A stretch of 64,000 nucleotides of DNA, taken from positions 186,494-250,493 of the forward strand of contig CAWILG010000033.1 in NCBI GenBank assembly GCA_963836765.1, read 5' to 3'. The position numbers were made by a program, and so were the translations under genes. Source of the stretch: an uncultured Alphaproteobacteria bacterium. GTDB lineage: Bacteria > Pseudomonadota > Alphaproteobacteria > Rhizobiales > Xanthobacteraceae. Shown here piece after piece: positions 9,823 to 18,389 of the stretch. The notes beneath the pieces were generated by a model, which saw nothing but the letters and a program-made list of their open reading frames with translations, was not told the DNA's origin and did no database searches. The stretch's first letter is position 1; every line of letters begins with the position of its first letter.

Positions 9823-11022
9823 CTACTCGTCCTCGAATTCGTCTTCCTCGTTGACCCCGGCCTTGCGCCGATGCGGCATTTTGCTGCCGCCGAGCGATCC
9901 CGTCACATAGGGCTCACGCTGCGCATAGGGATTGCGGCCGCCGACCCTTGCTGCGATCTCCTCGCCCGACACCGCCGCCGGCTCGCAGATGATGCGGCGG
10001 CTGGAGCGGCGCATCAGGTCGACATGGATGTGATCGTAGTGATAGCGGTTGGAACCCGGCGCCAGCACGGTGTTGAACTGCTGGCAGGCCGCACCCTGCA
10101 CGTCGCGCAGAAAGCCCTGCTCTTCCGGCAGGCCCTTCCAGCCGTCCTTGACCGAGATGCGCCTTCCGTCGGCGAGTGTGAAGGCGGCGATGTCGAGCGC
10201 ATTGCCAAACGCGTGTTCGGAAATGTGCCCGTTCGGATTGCCGTTCATGCCGCGGCAGGAATAGGCGGATATCTGCTTGATCTCGACCACGCGCGCGCCG
10301 AACCAGCGCTGCGCGGCCGGCTGCACGGAATCGGCGAGCCAGCGGTCCAGCACCGAGACGATCGGACAGGCCAGCGTCGCCGTCGGCTTGACCGCCACTG
10401 GACCGACCGCATTGACGGGATCGCCGCGCGACGGTCCGAGCCGCGGCAAGGGTGCGGCAGCCGGCTGCTGCGGATAGGGCGCCGCTGCTGAATATGGCGC
10501 TCCGCTGCGCTCGCGCGGCGGATAGGCCGGCGCGTTCATGTAACGGCCAACCTGGTCGGGCGTGCCCTGGGCCGGCAGGTCGATTTCATCTTCCTGGGCG
10601 GCAACGCCCGGCGCCGTCAGCGAAATCGGTCCATTGGCGGGCGCCGCGTAATTCGGCTGGCGCAGCGCGTTGTCGGAATAGGGAGCCTGCGCCGGTGCCG
10701 GAGCCGGTGAGATCGGCCAGCGCGGCTGGTTGCCGATGCTGCCGGGCGGCCGCAGTTCGTCATTATACCCGAAGGTGCCGCTGCCCTCGCCGAGCGCCGC
10801 GACCTTGAGCGGGAATTCAGCGCCGCAGGCGCCGGGGCCGGAAATCGGATCGATCCGGACCAGTTCCGGGGTCTCCTTGACCGTGCCGGATTTCAGGCAA
10901 GCAACCTCGGCCTCGGCCCGCCACGGTTCGCGCTCCGCGGATTGGAAAAATCCGCGGCCGCAGCCCGCCAACGAAACAAGGACGAAGGAGCCGACCAGAT
11001 ACAAACGAACTCCGCGCGTCAT
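9823..11022 (-). CDS. Extensin-like C-terminal domain protein (probable lipoprotein)
   Basis: Lipobox LAGC; SAYSCRGMNG, SEHAFGNALDIAAF, PGSNRYHYDHIHVDL. Confidence 0.88.
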   Translation of the reverse strand: MTRGVRLYLVGSFVLVSLAGCGRGFFQSAEREPWRAEAEVACLKSGTVKETPELVRIDPISGPGACGAEFPLKVAALGEGSGTFGYNDELRPPGSIGNQPRWPISPAPAPAQAPYSDNALRQPNYAAPANGPISLTAPGVAAQEDEIDLPAQGTPDQVGRYMNAPAYPPRERSGAPYSAAAPYPQQPAAAPLPRLGPSRGDPVNAVGPVAVKPTATLACPIVSVLDRWLADSVQPAAQRWFGARVVEIKQISAYSCRGMNGNPNGHISEHAFGNALDIAAFTLADGRRISVKDGWKGLPEEQGFLRDVQGAACQQFNTVLAPGSNRYHYDHIHVDLMRRSSRRIICEPAAVSGEEIAARVGGRNPYAQREPYVTGSLGGSKMPHRRKAGVNEEDEFEDE

Positions 11023-11069
11023 CCGCGCAGGTTCGACGAATTTATTTAAGGACTCTTCAACGTGTTGAT

Positions 11070-11085
11070 TTAACTATTTTTTAAC
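11070..11085. promoter_or_regulatory. CtrA-binding box
   Basis: TTAA-CTATTTT-TTAAC matches the TTAA-N7-TTAAC consensus exactly, 48 nt upstream of the extensin-like gene. Confidence 0.6.
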
Positions 11086-11151
11086 CACGTTGCCGGAGAC
11101 GGCGCGCTGTGGAGATCCGGGAACCGACAGCAACGCTGACTTTTTCCGCCG

Positions 11152-11176
11152 GGAACGCATTGCTAGCCTGAGCGTT
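11152..11176 (+). promoter_or_regulatory. EcfG/SigT general-stress promoter
   Basis: GGAAC-N16-CGTT. Confidence 0.6.
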
Positions 11177-11212
11177 ATGTGCGGGCACGACGTGAACCAA
11201 GGGAGTTTTCCC

Positions 11213-11296
11213 ATGCCACTCGTCAGCAAACTGAGCGTTGTAGCCGCGTACGTCGTGTTCGCCTTCGTCGGCGCCATCGTGCTCGGCGTGTTCTAG
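11213..11296 (+). CDS. 27-aa single-helix membrane peptide
   Basis: MPLVSKLSVVAAYVVFAFVGAIVLGVF; RBS agggag; promoter upstream and terminator downstream. Confidence 0.55.
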   Translation: MPLVSKLSVVAAYVVFAFVGAIVLGVF

Positions 11297-11321
11297 GCTT
11301 TCCGTCCAGAACTGGGCGTTG

Positions 11322-11352
11322 GCGCCCGGTGGTCCAGCCACCGGGCGTTTTT
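11322..11352 (+). terminator. Intrinsic terminator
   Basis: cgcccggtgg / ccaccgggcg stem followed by TTTTT. Confidence 0.7.
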
Positions 11353-11583
11353 CATGGGCATCAAGCCCCCTTCGTGAGCGACCCCATTTCCTGCCAATTT
11401 TTGTCCGCGATTCAGGCGCCATGCAGATGCGCCCGCCAATGGACCAATTCGGACTTCGCTATGCGTTTGACCAGGGTGCAAGTTGCTACCAAGCTGAGCG
11501 CTTCCAGGTTGAGGCGGCCTGCGCCGCAATCGTCTGTTTGCAGGTTCGAGTCATGCCGGCCCCCCGAAGCATTGGTGAGAGAC

Positions 11584-12363
11584 ATGGCCAAATTCTCCGA
11601 ACTCATGGATGGCATGCGACGGGAGGGCGACGCTTGGACCGCGGCCGTTAGCGAAGATTGGCTACAAGGTCGCACGCTGTTCGGCGGGCTATCAGGAGCG
11701 CTGTGTCTTGAAGCGGTGAAACGGGAGTTCAGCGATCTACCGCCGCTACGCTCGGCCCAATTCTCGCTTACCGGACCAGCCGCAGGGCCAATTACCATTC
11801 GGCCCACGCTACTTCGCCGGGGTAAATCAACGGCGTTTATCTGCGCCGACCTTTCCGGCGACTGCGGTCTAGCGATGCGGGCAACGTTCTGCTTCACCAA
11901 TCCGCGAGCTTCCGCCTACAACCACGAAGCCATTCCGGCACCCGTGGTCAAACGACCCGACGAATGCCCCACCTTCGCAAGACAAGTGAATTTCGCGCAG
12001 CATTTCGATAACCGTCTAGCGCACGGCAATTCGCCATTCAGTGAGGCGGACGACCCCACGATGGTACTGTGGATGCGCCTGCGCGAGGATGTTCGCAGCA
12101 CGTCGCAGACTGCACTCGTTGCGCTTGCCGATTCTCCGCCGCCTGCTGCGCAAGTCCTGTTCAAGCAACAAACGCCGATCAGCACGATGACATGGGCATT
12201 CGATTTGCTCTCTGATGATATTGAGACCGAAGGCGGCTGGTGGTTGATCCGTGCATCGGCTGAGAGCGTGCAAAATGGCTATTCCAGCCAGGCGATGACG
12301 GTTTGGAATTCCACTGGCAAGGCGGTGCTCGTGGGCCGTCAGAACATCGCGATCTTCGGCTGA
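11584..12363 (+). CDS. Acyl-CoA thioesterase (TesB-like double hotdog)
   Basis: WLQGRTLFGGLS, LRRGKS, LVALADSPPPA, GYSSQAMTVW; atypical codon usage. Confidence 0.88.
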   Translation: MAKFSELMDGMRREGDAWTAAVSEDWLQGRTLFGGLSGALCLEAVKREFSDLPPLRSAQFSLTGPAAGPITIRPTLLRRGKSTAFICADLSGDCGLAMRATFCFTNPRASAYNHEAIPAPVVKRPDECPTFARQVNFAQHFDNRLAHGNSPFSEADDPTMVLWMRLREDVRSTSQTALVALADSPPPAAQVLFKQQTPISTMTWAFDLLSDDIETEGGWWLIRASAESVQNGYSSQAMTVWNSTGKAVLVGRQNIAIFG

Positions 12364-12432
12364 ACCCCAAAAGACTGACTATCAACCTATAAGATTGCAC
12401 CGCGTTCTACTGACAAGGTGATCACGGTGCAT

Positions 12433-12553
12433 GAGTCCGGTTACGGCACATCGCGTCATTTCGCTGCATGCGGAATTTGGTCGCCACCGGAGCACGGCGA
12501 ACATTGGTCAAGCCGGCACCGATCAAGCTCGATTTACGAGTACGCGCCCCTAG
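12433..12553 (+). repeat. Imperfect palindromic element A, a direct-repeat partner of 17253-17365
   Basis: gagtcc-N6-ggcacatcgcgtcatttcgctgc (23-mer identical in D); ends in gagtacgcgccc(c)tag. Confidence 0.8.
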
Positions 12554-12894
12554 TCGAAATTCGAACAGCTCGATCCGGTGATGCCGCCAACCACAAAATC
12601 CCTGCACATCAATCCGGGATTATCGGGATCGGGATAGCGATCGTCGCGCTTCACCCGCTCGCGGATCGTGTGGCTGAAGCGCCAGCCATGGCTGCGCATG
12701 CAGTTCTTGTAGGCCCGCGATGTCGGCACGCCGTTCTGCGGTGCGCCGAATTGCGCATCGCATGCCGCCGTGTCGGCGTGCAGCGCATCGTCGCCGCGCG
12801 GCTGCTTCAGCGCGTTGTTGTAGATGTCGTTGTCGGCATGGGCGTTGATCGCGCTGCCCAGCAACAATATGGCAATCAGGCTTAGACGTTTCAT
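12550..12894 (-). CDS. Small secreted hypothetical protein
   Basis: Signal peptide [20 protein letters not shown]; four Cys; native codon usage. Confidence 0.75.
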   Translation of the reverse strand: MKRLSLIAILLLGSAINAHADNDIYNNALKQPRGDDALHADTAACDAQFGAPQNGVPTSRAYKNCMRSHGWRFSHTIRERVKRDDRYPDPDNPGLMCRDFVVGGITGSSCSNFD

Positions 12895-13114
12895 GGTCGG
12901 TCTCCATCTCAGGCGAAAAGCGTTACAGCTATCGGTCGCATCAGATGGAGGACGCGGTTCGAACCCAATCGATTACAAATTGGAAACGTCGGGCCGGCAT
13001 GCGCTGGTCAACGGACCAATGCCGTGGACAGCTTCGCCGAGTCATGACTGCGTCCATGGTGACGCCATCAACCGGAAACGGTCGGTGGCGGAGCAGCAAA
13101 TCCTCTGAATTTAT

Positions 13115-13193
13115 TTCCGCTTTCGCCCTGCATAACGGACATTGCCAGTCTGCCTGCTGGCTCGACCCGGTCGCGAATGACCCGTTTCGGACA
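13115..13193. repeat. Imperfect palindromic element B
   Basis: ttccgctttcgccctgcataacggac hairpin, ccag/ctgg hairpin, ggtc/gacc hairpin, ends cggaca. Confidence 0.6.
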
Positions 13194-13269
13194 ATGAGAA
13201 GAACATCTTGCTGTCTTTGCGACTGCCGCAGGATAGGATCGCCGTTGGTCGAACCTCGCGGAGGAATCG

Positions 13270-14820
13270 ATGCAGGACGTGAGAAGAGTTCCCGTTCTCG
13301 TTGTCGGAGGTGGTCCGATCGGCCTTGCTCTTGCAGTCGCCCTTGAGCGTTTCCGCGTCGATTGCCTGATCGTCGAGCGTTCGCCGACGACAACCGATCA
13401 CCCGAAATCCCGCGGCTGCCAGGTTCGCACGATGGAGATATTTCGCCAGTGGGGAGTAGAGGAGGCCATTCGTTCACGCGGCTTGCCCGACGATACGGAC
13501 ATTTGGCTGATGATGGAGCGTCTGGTCGGCCCGGAGTATGGCCGCACCAAGCCTGAACCGCGCAAGGGTGAAAGTCCGACTTGGAAGAGCCAGGCGCCCC
13601 AGGATGTGGTCGAGGAAAAACTATTGAAGGCCGTTTGCGTCGGCAAGCACGCGACCGTTCGCTATTCTACCGAGATGGTGGATTTCGAGGATCTTGGCGA
13701 CGGCGTGAGCGTGCGGGTTCGCGATGTTCGCTCGGGTGAAATCGAGATATGGCAGGCCGAATGGCTTGTCGCTGCCGACGGGGCGGGGAGCGGGACCCGA
13801 AGGGCTGCAGGAATCGAGATGGTCGGGCCGCCCTGCCTCGGGGTCATGCTGAACGAATACATTCGTCTCGATTTGTCGAACCTACCAATCGCAAGACAAG
13901 CGGCGATTATCCGGGTGGTCCCACGCGATCCCGTTCGACCGGTCATCTCCCTGCTAAACACAAACGCTGCCGATCGCTGGCTTATGGTGATGCGCATCGG
14001 CGCAACCGAAGACGAAAGAACGCCTGAACAACGTGAGATGAATATCGACGAATTGCTCCGCCACTATGTCGGTCGAGATGACCTGGTTGCGACAAGCATC
14101 AACAGTTCAACCTGGAGAATGAGCAAGCAGGTGGCAGCGAGCTTCCGTAAGGGTCGTGTGCTGTTGGCCGGCGATGCCGCCCACCGTTTTCCGCCAACTG
14201 GCGGCTTCGGGCTCAATACGGGTGTACAGGATGCGCACAATCTCGCTTGGAAGCTGGCTTATGTATTGAACGGCCGGGCGACGGAAAAATTGATCGACAC
14301 TTACGACGAGGAGCGTCGACCAATCGCGCAGGCAAATGCCGATTTTAGTCTTGGCAATTCGCTGCGGATACCGCACGTCGACCGGGCGATGCGCAGCAAC
14401 AACCGGGAGCGCATCGACTTCTGGATCGAAGATCTAGATAACCACCTGCACGGCGTGGGCCAATCACTCGGATTCATTTACGAATCAAGTGCCGTGATCG
14501 CTGACGGTTCAACGCGCCCGTTGCACATTGCTCGCCACTATGTCCCGGTCGATCGCCCAGGCAGCCGCTTTCCACACCTTTGGCTTGACGCCGATCACAC
14601 GAAATCGACCCTCGATTGGTTCGACAAGGATTTTGTGCTCGCGGTGGGGGATGAAGCTGACGAATGGATTGCGGCGGCAGGCGAGGTTTCTCGCCAATTG
14701 AATATGCCTCTGATTGCAAGGCGTCTACCGCGGAATGCACGTGACGCCGGATGCTTGATTGGCCGCAAGGGCGCGGCATTAGTGCGTCCCGATGGCCAGG
14801 TCGCCTGGCGTGTCGCATAA
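13270..14820 (+). CDS. FAD-dependent monooxygenase (PheA/TfdB-like, group A flavoprotein hydroxylase)
   Basis: VLVVGGGPIG, LVAADGAGS, GRVLLAGDAAHRFPPTGGFGLNTGVQDAHNLAWKL, C-terminal LVRPDGQVAWR. Confidence 0.93.
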   Translation: MQDVRRVPVLVVGGGPIGLALAVALERFRVDCLIVERSPTTTDHPKSRGCQVRTMEIFRQWGVEEAIRSRGLPDDTDIWLMMERLVGPEYGRTKPEPRKGESPTWKSQAPQDVVEEKLLKAVCVGKHATVRYSTEMVDFEDLGDGVSVRVRDVRSGEIEIWQAEWLVAADGAGSGTRRAAGIEMVGPPCLGVMLNEYIRLDLSNLPIARQAAIIRVVPRDPVRPVISLLNTNAADRWLMVMRIGATEDERTPEQREMNIDELLRHYVGRDDLVATSINSSTWRMSKQVAASFRKGRVLLAGDAAHRFPPTGGFGLNTGVQDAHNLAWKLAYVLNGRATEKLIDTYDEERRPIAQANADFSLGNSLRIPHVDRAMRSNNRERIDFWIEDLDNHLHGVGQSLGFIYESSAVIADGSTRPLHIARHYVPVDRPGSRFPHLWLDADHTKSTLDWFDKDFVLAVGDEADEWIAAAGEVSRQLNMPLIARRLPRNARDAGCLIGRKGAALVRPDGQVAWRVA

Positions 14821-14989
14821 CCTGATGCGACTAGCCAGCTGCCGAGTGCTGTCAAGAAGGTGGTTTCGGCCCCCGGCTGATGTTACCGCTCAAGCATCAG
14901 TAAAGTTCGAGATGGTCTAACCTGAAGACTGCAGGACCGTGGACCTCATCTGCCGCCAAGCTCGCCCGCGCCGACATCCAATGGCCCGC

Positions 14990-15745
14990 TCCACTTCCGG
15001 TTTTCTGAGATTAAATTGGGCGCCCGAGCAGATAGCCGGCTGGCTTAAAAGAGCCCATCTTGAAGGCGAGTGTTATCAGGTGTCCCACGAGACGATCTAT
15101 CGCAGTCTATTTGTTCAAGCCCGCGGGGTGCTTAAGAAAGAGCTGCTTTGCCATCTTCGATCGAAGCGCACGATCCGGCGATCAAAACAGGCGGGTCTCA
15201 ATGGCGATGGCCGGGGGCAAATCAAGGATCCCGTCTCGATCCGTCAGCGACCAGCAACGGTTGAAGATCGGGCGGTGCCTGGCCATTGGGAAGGCGATCT
15301 CCTGTCTGGGTCGAAGAACAGCTATATCGCGACCTTGGTCGAACGTCATACCCGCTACGTGATGCTGGCAAAGGTGGCCAACAAGGATACCCAGTCGGTC
15401 GTATCCGCGCTCATCAAGCAGGCAAGAAAGCTACCAAGCGAACTCTATAAGTCGCTGACCTGGGACCGTGGCAAGGAACTTGCGGATCATCGACAATTTA
15501 CGTTGGCGACCAACATCGACGTTTATTTTTGCGATCCGCAAAGCCCGTGGCAGCGCGGTTCGAATGAAAACACCAATGGTCTCCTCAGACAGTACTTTCC
15601 CAGGGGCACCGACCTGTCGGTACACTCGCAAGCTTATCTGAACAAAGTGGCTCGTCAGCTCAACGAACGCCCCCGTGAGACCTTGCAATTTGAGACCCCA
15701 GCGGAGAGATTTAACGCCTGTGTTGCGTCGACCGGTTGAGCCGGC
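14990..15745 (+). mobile_element. IS30-family transposase remnant, 5' truncated
   Basis: WAPEQIAGWL, SHETIYR, PGHWEGDL, SLTWDRGKE, PWQRGSNENTNGLLRQYFP; N-terminal HTH region absent. Confidence 0.9.
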
Positions 15746-15856
15746 TGCACAACTCGGACATACCGCCGTGGTCGCTCTATGTCTGTTGTTGGGGGGCAGA
15801 GCGGAAAACATATGCTCACATTGAGCCTTTCAACTTTCGCCACCCCTATCGGACAT
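15745..15856. repeat. Imperfect palindromic element C, abutting the IS30 right end
   Basis: cggacat...atgtctg, atgtctgttgttggggggcagagcggaa, gctc/gagc hairpin, ends cggacat; resembles reverse complement of element B. Confidence 0.6.
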
Positions 15857-15941
15857 TTGACCGAGATTCGAAAAAGGCGCATTGTGATGGGCGTTACTTA
15901 GGTCGCCTGGAAATCATCGATTTGGAATCTGGGAGCGCCAA

Positions 15942-17210
15942 GTGCATCGCAGAGCATTCTTGGCTGCCGGCGGCCGCACAGCCGTGGCGACGCTCGCGGC
16001 CGCGACCGGCGGTCCGAACCTGCTGTTTGCAAGAGATCGGACGCCATCGTCGGACGCGCTTGAGCAGCGGATCGCAGACGTAATCGCGGCTTTCGATGCC
16101 CAAGGAAATCACCGTACGGGGACGCCGGTTGATAATGCATCAGCAGAATGGCTGGCGAGACAGGTACAGCAGTTGGGCGCCGAGCCTGAGCTCGAACACT
16201 TCGCGCTCAACCGGGTTGATCCGCAATCGTCTTACTTGCGCATCGCGGATCGGCGCATCGACGGAGTGCCTCTATTCGACGCTACCTTCACCGACGGGGA
16301 AGGAGTGCGCGGTAGACTCGGACCGCTCGGTAGCGATGCTGAAATCGGGTTGGCAGAAACCGTGCCGGTTACGCTCGGGGATCCTCTCATAGGGCAGGCC
16401 GCACTCGCGGTAGTGCGGCGGAGCCGCCACAAGGCGGTCGTCCTGATCACCCGCGGCAGTCAACCCGGACTCTTCTTGCTCAACGCCGGATCGTTCTCGA
16501 AGCCTATCGGACCGCCCACCGTACAAGTCTCGAGCATCGAAAGCGAGTGGCTGAAGGAGCAAGCCCAGCAGCGCGCCGAGGCGACGCTCGTTGCTCATGT
16601 AAGCCGGACGGCCGCGCAAGCCTTCAACGTCGCGGTCAAAATCGCAGGCAGCAACCCGGCGCTGGCACCGCTCGTCCTCATGGCACCGCGCAGTGGCTGG
16701 TGGCAATGCGCGAGCGAGCAGGGGAGCCGTCTTGCGTGTTGGCTGGAAGCGATTCGCGTCCTAGCGACTGGCAGGCCGGCGCGCGACTCTTTCTTCGTTG
16801 CCCTGAGCGGTCATGAGCTCGGATTTCTAGGCATTGATGCGTATCTCAAACGCCGAGGAGACCTGGTGAAGCGCGCGCGCATGTGGATTTTCTTTGGCTC
16901 TGATATTGGTGCACCGGGACAGCCGAATCTGATCCACGCATCCGACGACGAGCTCGAACAGTGGGCCGTCCTAGCAATGGAGAAGGAGGGGCTGACCGTG
17001 AACGCGAAAGAGCGGCACGGCTCCGCGGCTCGCGGAGAGGCCCGTGCCGTCCAGCAAGGTGGCGGGCGGTTCGTGACGCTCGTGTGTGGCAGTGACCTCT
17101 ATCACAACGTAACCGACCGCTGGCCGGAAGCGCTCGATGTTGCGACACTAGCTCGCTATGCCAGCGCGCTTGCGAACGGCGCCTTGGAGGTTGCAAAGCA
17201 ACAAAGCTGA
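15942..17210 (+). CDS. Tat-exported hypothetical protein, PA + M28 peptidase-like fold
   Basis: RRAFL Tat motif; FNVAVKIAG, FFVALSGHELGFLG, LYHNVTDRWP; atypical codon usage. Confidence 0.6.
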   Translation: MHRRAFLAAGGRTAVATLAAATGGPNLLFARDRTPSSDALEQRIADVIAAFDAQGNHRTGTPVDNASAEWLARQVQQLGAEPELEHFALNRVDPQSSYLRIADRRIDGVPLFDATFTDGEGVRGRLGPLGSDAEIGLAETVPVTLGDPLIGQAALAVVRRSRHKAVVLITRGSQPGLFLLNAGSFSKPIGPPTVQVSSIESEWLKEQAQQRAEATLVAHVSRTAAQAFNVAVKIAGSNPALAPLVLMAPRSGWWQCASEQGSRLACWLEAIRVLATGRPARDSFFVALSGHELGFLGIDAYLKRRGDLVKRARMWIFFGSDIGAPGQPNLIHASDDELEQWAVLAMEKEGLTVNAKERHGSAARGEARAVQQGGGRFVTLVCGSDLYHNVTDRWPEALDVATLARYASALANGALEVAKQQS

Positions 17211-17252
17211 CGGGGCCGAGGAGCGCTCCAACCCCATTGAGGCATGGGAACA

Positions 17253-17365
17253 GAGTCCACTGTTGGCACATCGCGTCATTTCGCTGCGTCGCGAAATTTG
17301 GTCGCTATCGAGGCATAGCGGACTCCGGCAAGCCGCCCGCCCGGCACATCTATGCGTTCACGCCC
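17253..17365 (+). repeat. Imperfect palindromic element D, a direct-repeat partner of 12433-12553
   Basis: Outer gagtcc / ggactc, inner tttcgc / gcgaaa and gctat / atagc stems; 23-mer identical to A. Confidence 0.8.
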
Positions 17366-17374
17366 GGAATTGCG

Positions 17375-18220
17375 CTACGACCTCGACTCCGGCGATATCT
17401 GCCGCGACGATATCATCGGCCGGTTGCGGGCTATGATTCGGGTCCAGTTGTTGCCCGAGCAGTAAAACCGGCCGAGCGCGCAGGCTTCGACGCGGAGCCT
17501 GTCCGGTCCCCTGAAGTCCATCGTGCCGTAGTAAGTGTCGCCGCTGTCGTGGCTGTAGACGCTGCCGGTCCACTGCGTCTCCGTCTTCGGCTTCATGTTG
17601 ATCAGCACCGCCTCGCCCCTGTCGTCCGACGAGCTATTGAGCACATAGCCGCACAGTGCCTGCCCGCATTTGACGATGCGAACCGATCCCTTGCCTTCGG
17701 TGCGCCAGTCGCCGACCGGCGTGTCGGCCGGCTCTTCTTCCACTTCATGCGAAACCTTCGAGATTTGCGGCACAGGGGCGGGCGCGGCCCGCACCGCCTC
17801 GGTCAGTTTCTCGACCGGTGGCGGCGGCGCGATCGCGGCCGGCTGAACCGGCGTTGGCGCTGGCGCCGCGACGATCTGGGTCGTGGTTGCGGCCGGTTTG
17901 AACACCGCCGGCGGCGGCGCAACGACGGCGGGCTGAGCGGGAACATTTTTGGCGGGCACGGTTGCGATGACCGGAGCCGTCGGCGTTGGCGCCGGCGAGG
18001 TTTTCACCGGATCGACGGTATCCCGATCGTCGTCATAGCGGTCACGATTGCGGCGCGATGAAGTGATGCCGGAGATCGAAATCGACGCGCAGGACGTCGA
18101 GCGACAATATCTCGACGATTCGATGTGGATCCGATGTCCACCGATCGAGAACGAGAACGAACCCGCATGAGCAGGCGGACTGAGCACCATCAGCAGCGCG
18201 AGAAATCCGAATCGTCGCAT
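17375..18220 (-). CDS. DUF2147 domain secreted protein
   Basis: Signal peptide, Pro/Ala linker, PVGDWRTEGKGSVRIVKCG...LRVEACALGRFYCSGNNWTR. Confidence 0.85.
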   Translation of the reverse strand: MRRFGFLALLMVLSPPAHAGSFSFSIGGHRIHIESSRYCRSTSCASISISGITSSRRNRDRYDDDRDTVDPVKTSPAPTPTAPVIATVPAKNVPAQPAVVAPPPAVFKPAATTTQIVAAPAPTPVQPAAIAPPPPVEKLTEAVRAAPAPVPQISKVSHEVEEEPADTPVGDWRTEGKGSVRIVKCGQALCGYVLNSSSDDRGEAVLINMKPKTETQWTGSVYSHDSGDTYYGTMDFRGPDRLRVEACALGRFYCSGNNWTRIIARNRPMISSRQISPESRS

Positions 18221-18389
18221 CGCAACCTCCCCGGTAGCGCAGGGAAACTAGGCCGATCGCGGCCGTCGTGGATGTGATTTGGGTCACCCGCCCTCCCCGT
18301 GACGCACATCACGGAACGGGCCGCTCGCGGGGCCTAGGGTTTTGGCAAGTTGACCGCCAACGCATTCACCAGCCGCCCAGGAGGCTCAC

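Noticed and set aside
12941-13100. Possible gene fragment on the minus strand next to element B
   Set aside because: No start or RBS and no recognisable motif, so it cannot be supported as a CDS.
14835-14940. Possible second IS end between the monooxygenase and the IS30 remnant
   Set aside because: AT-richer non-coding stretch starting tgtcaag, but no matching inverted partner or transposase fragment was found.
12433-17365. Classical integron (intI/attI/attC)
   Set aside because: No tyrosine recombinase in the window, and the hairpins lack RYYYAAC/GTTRRRY cores. Kept only as an analogy.
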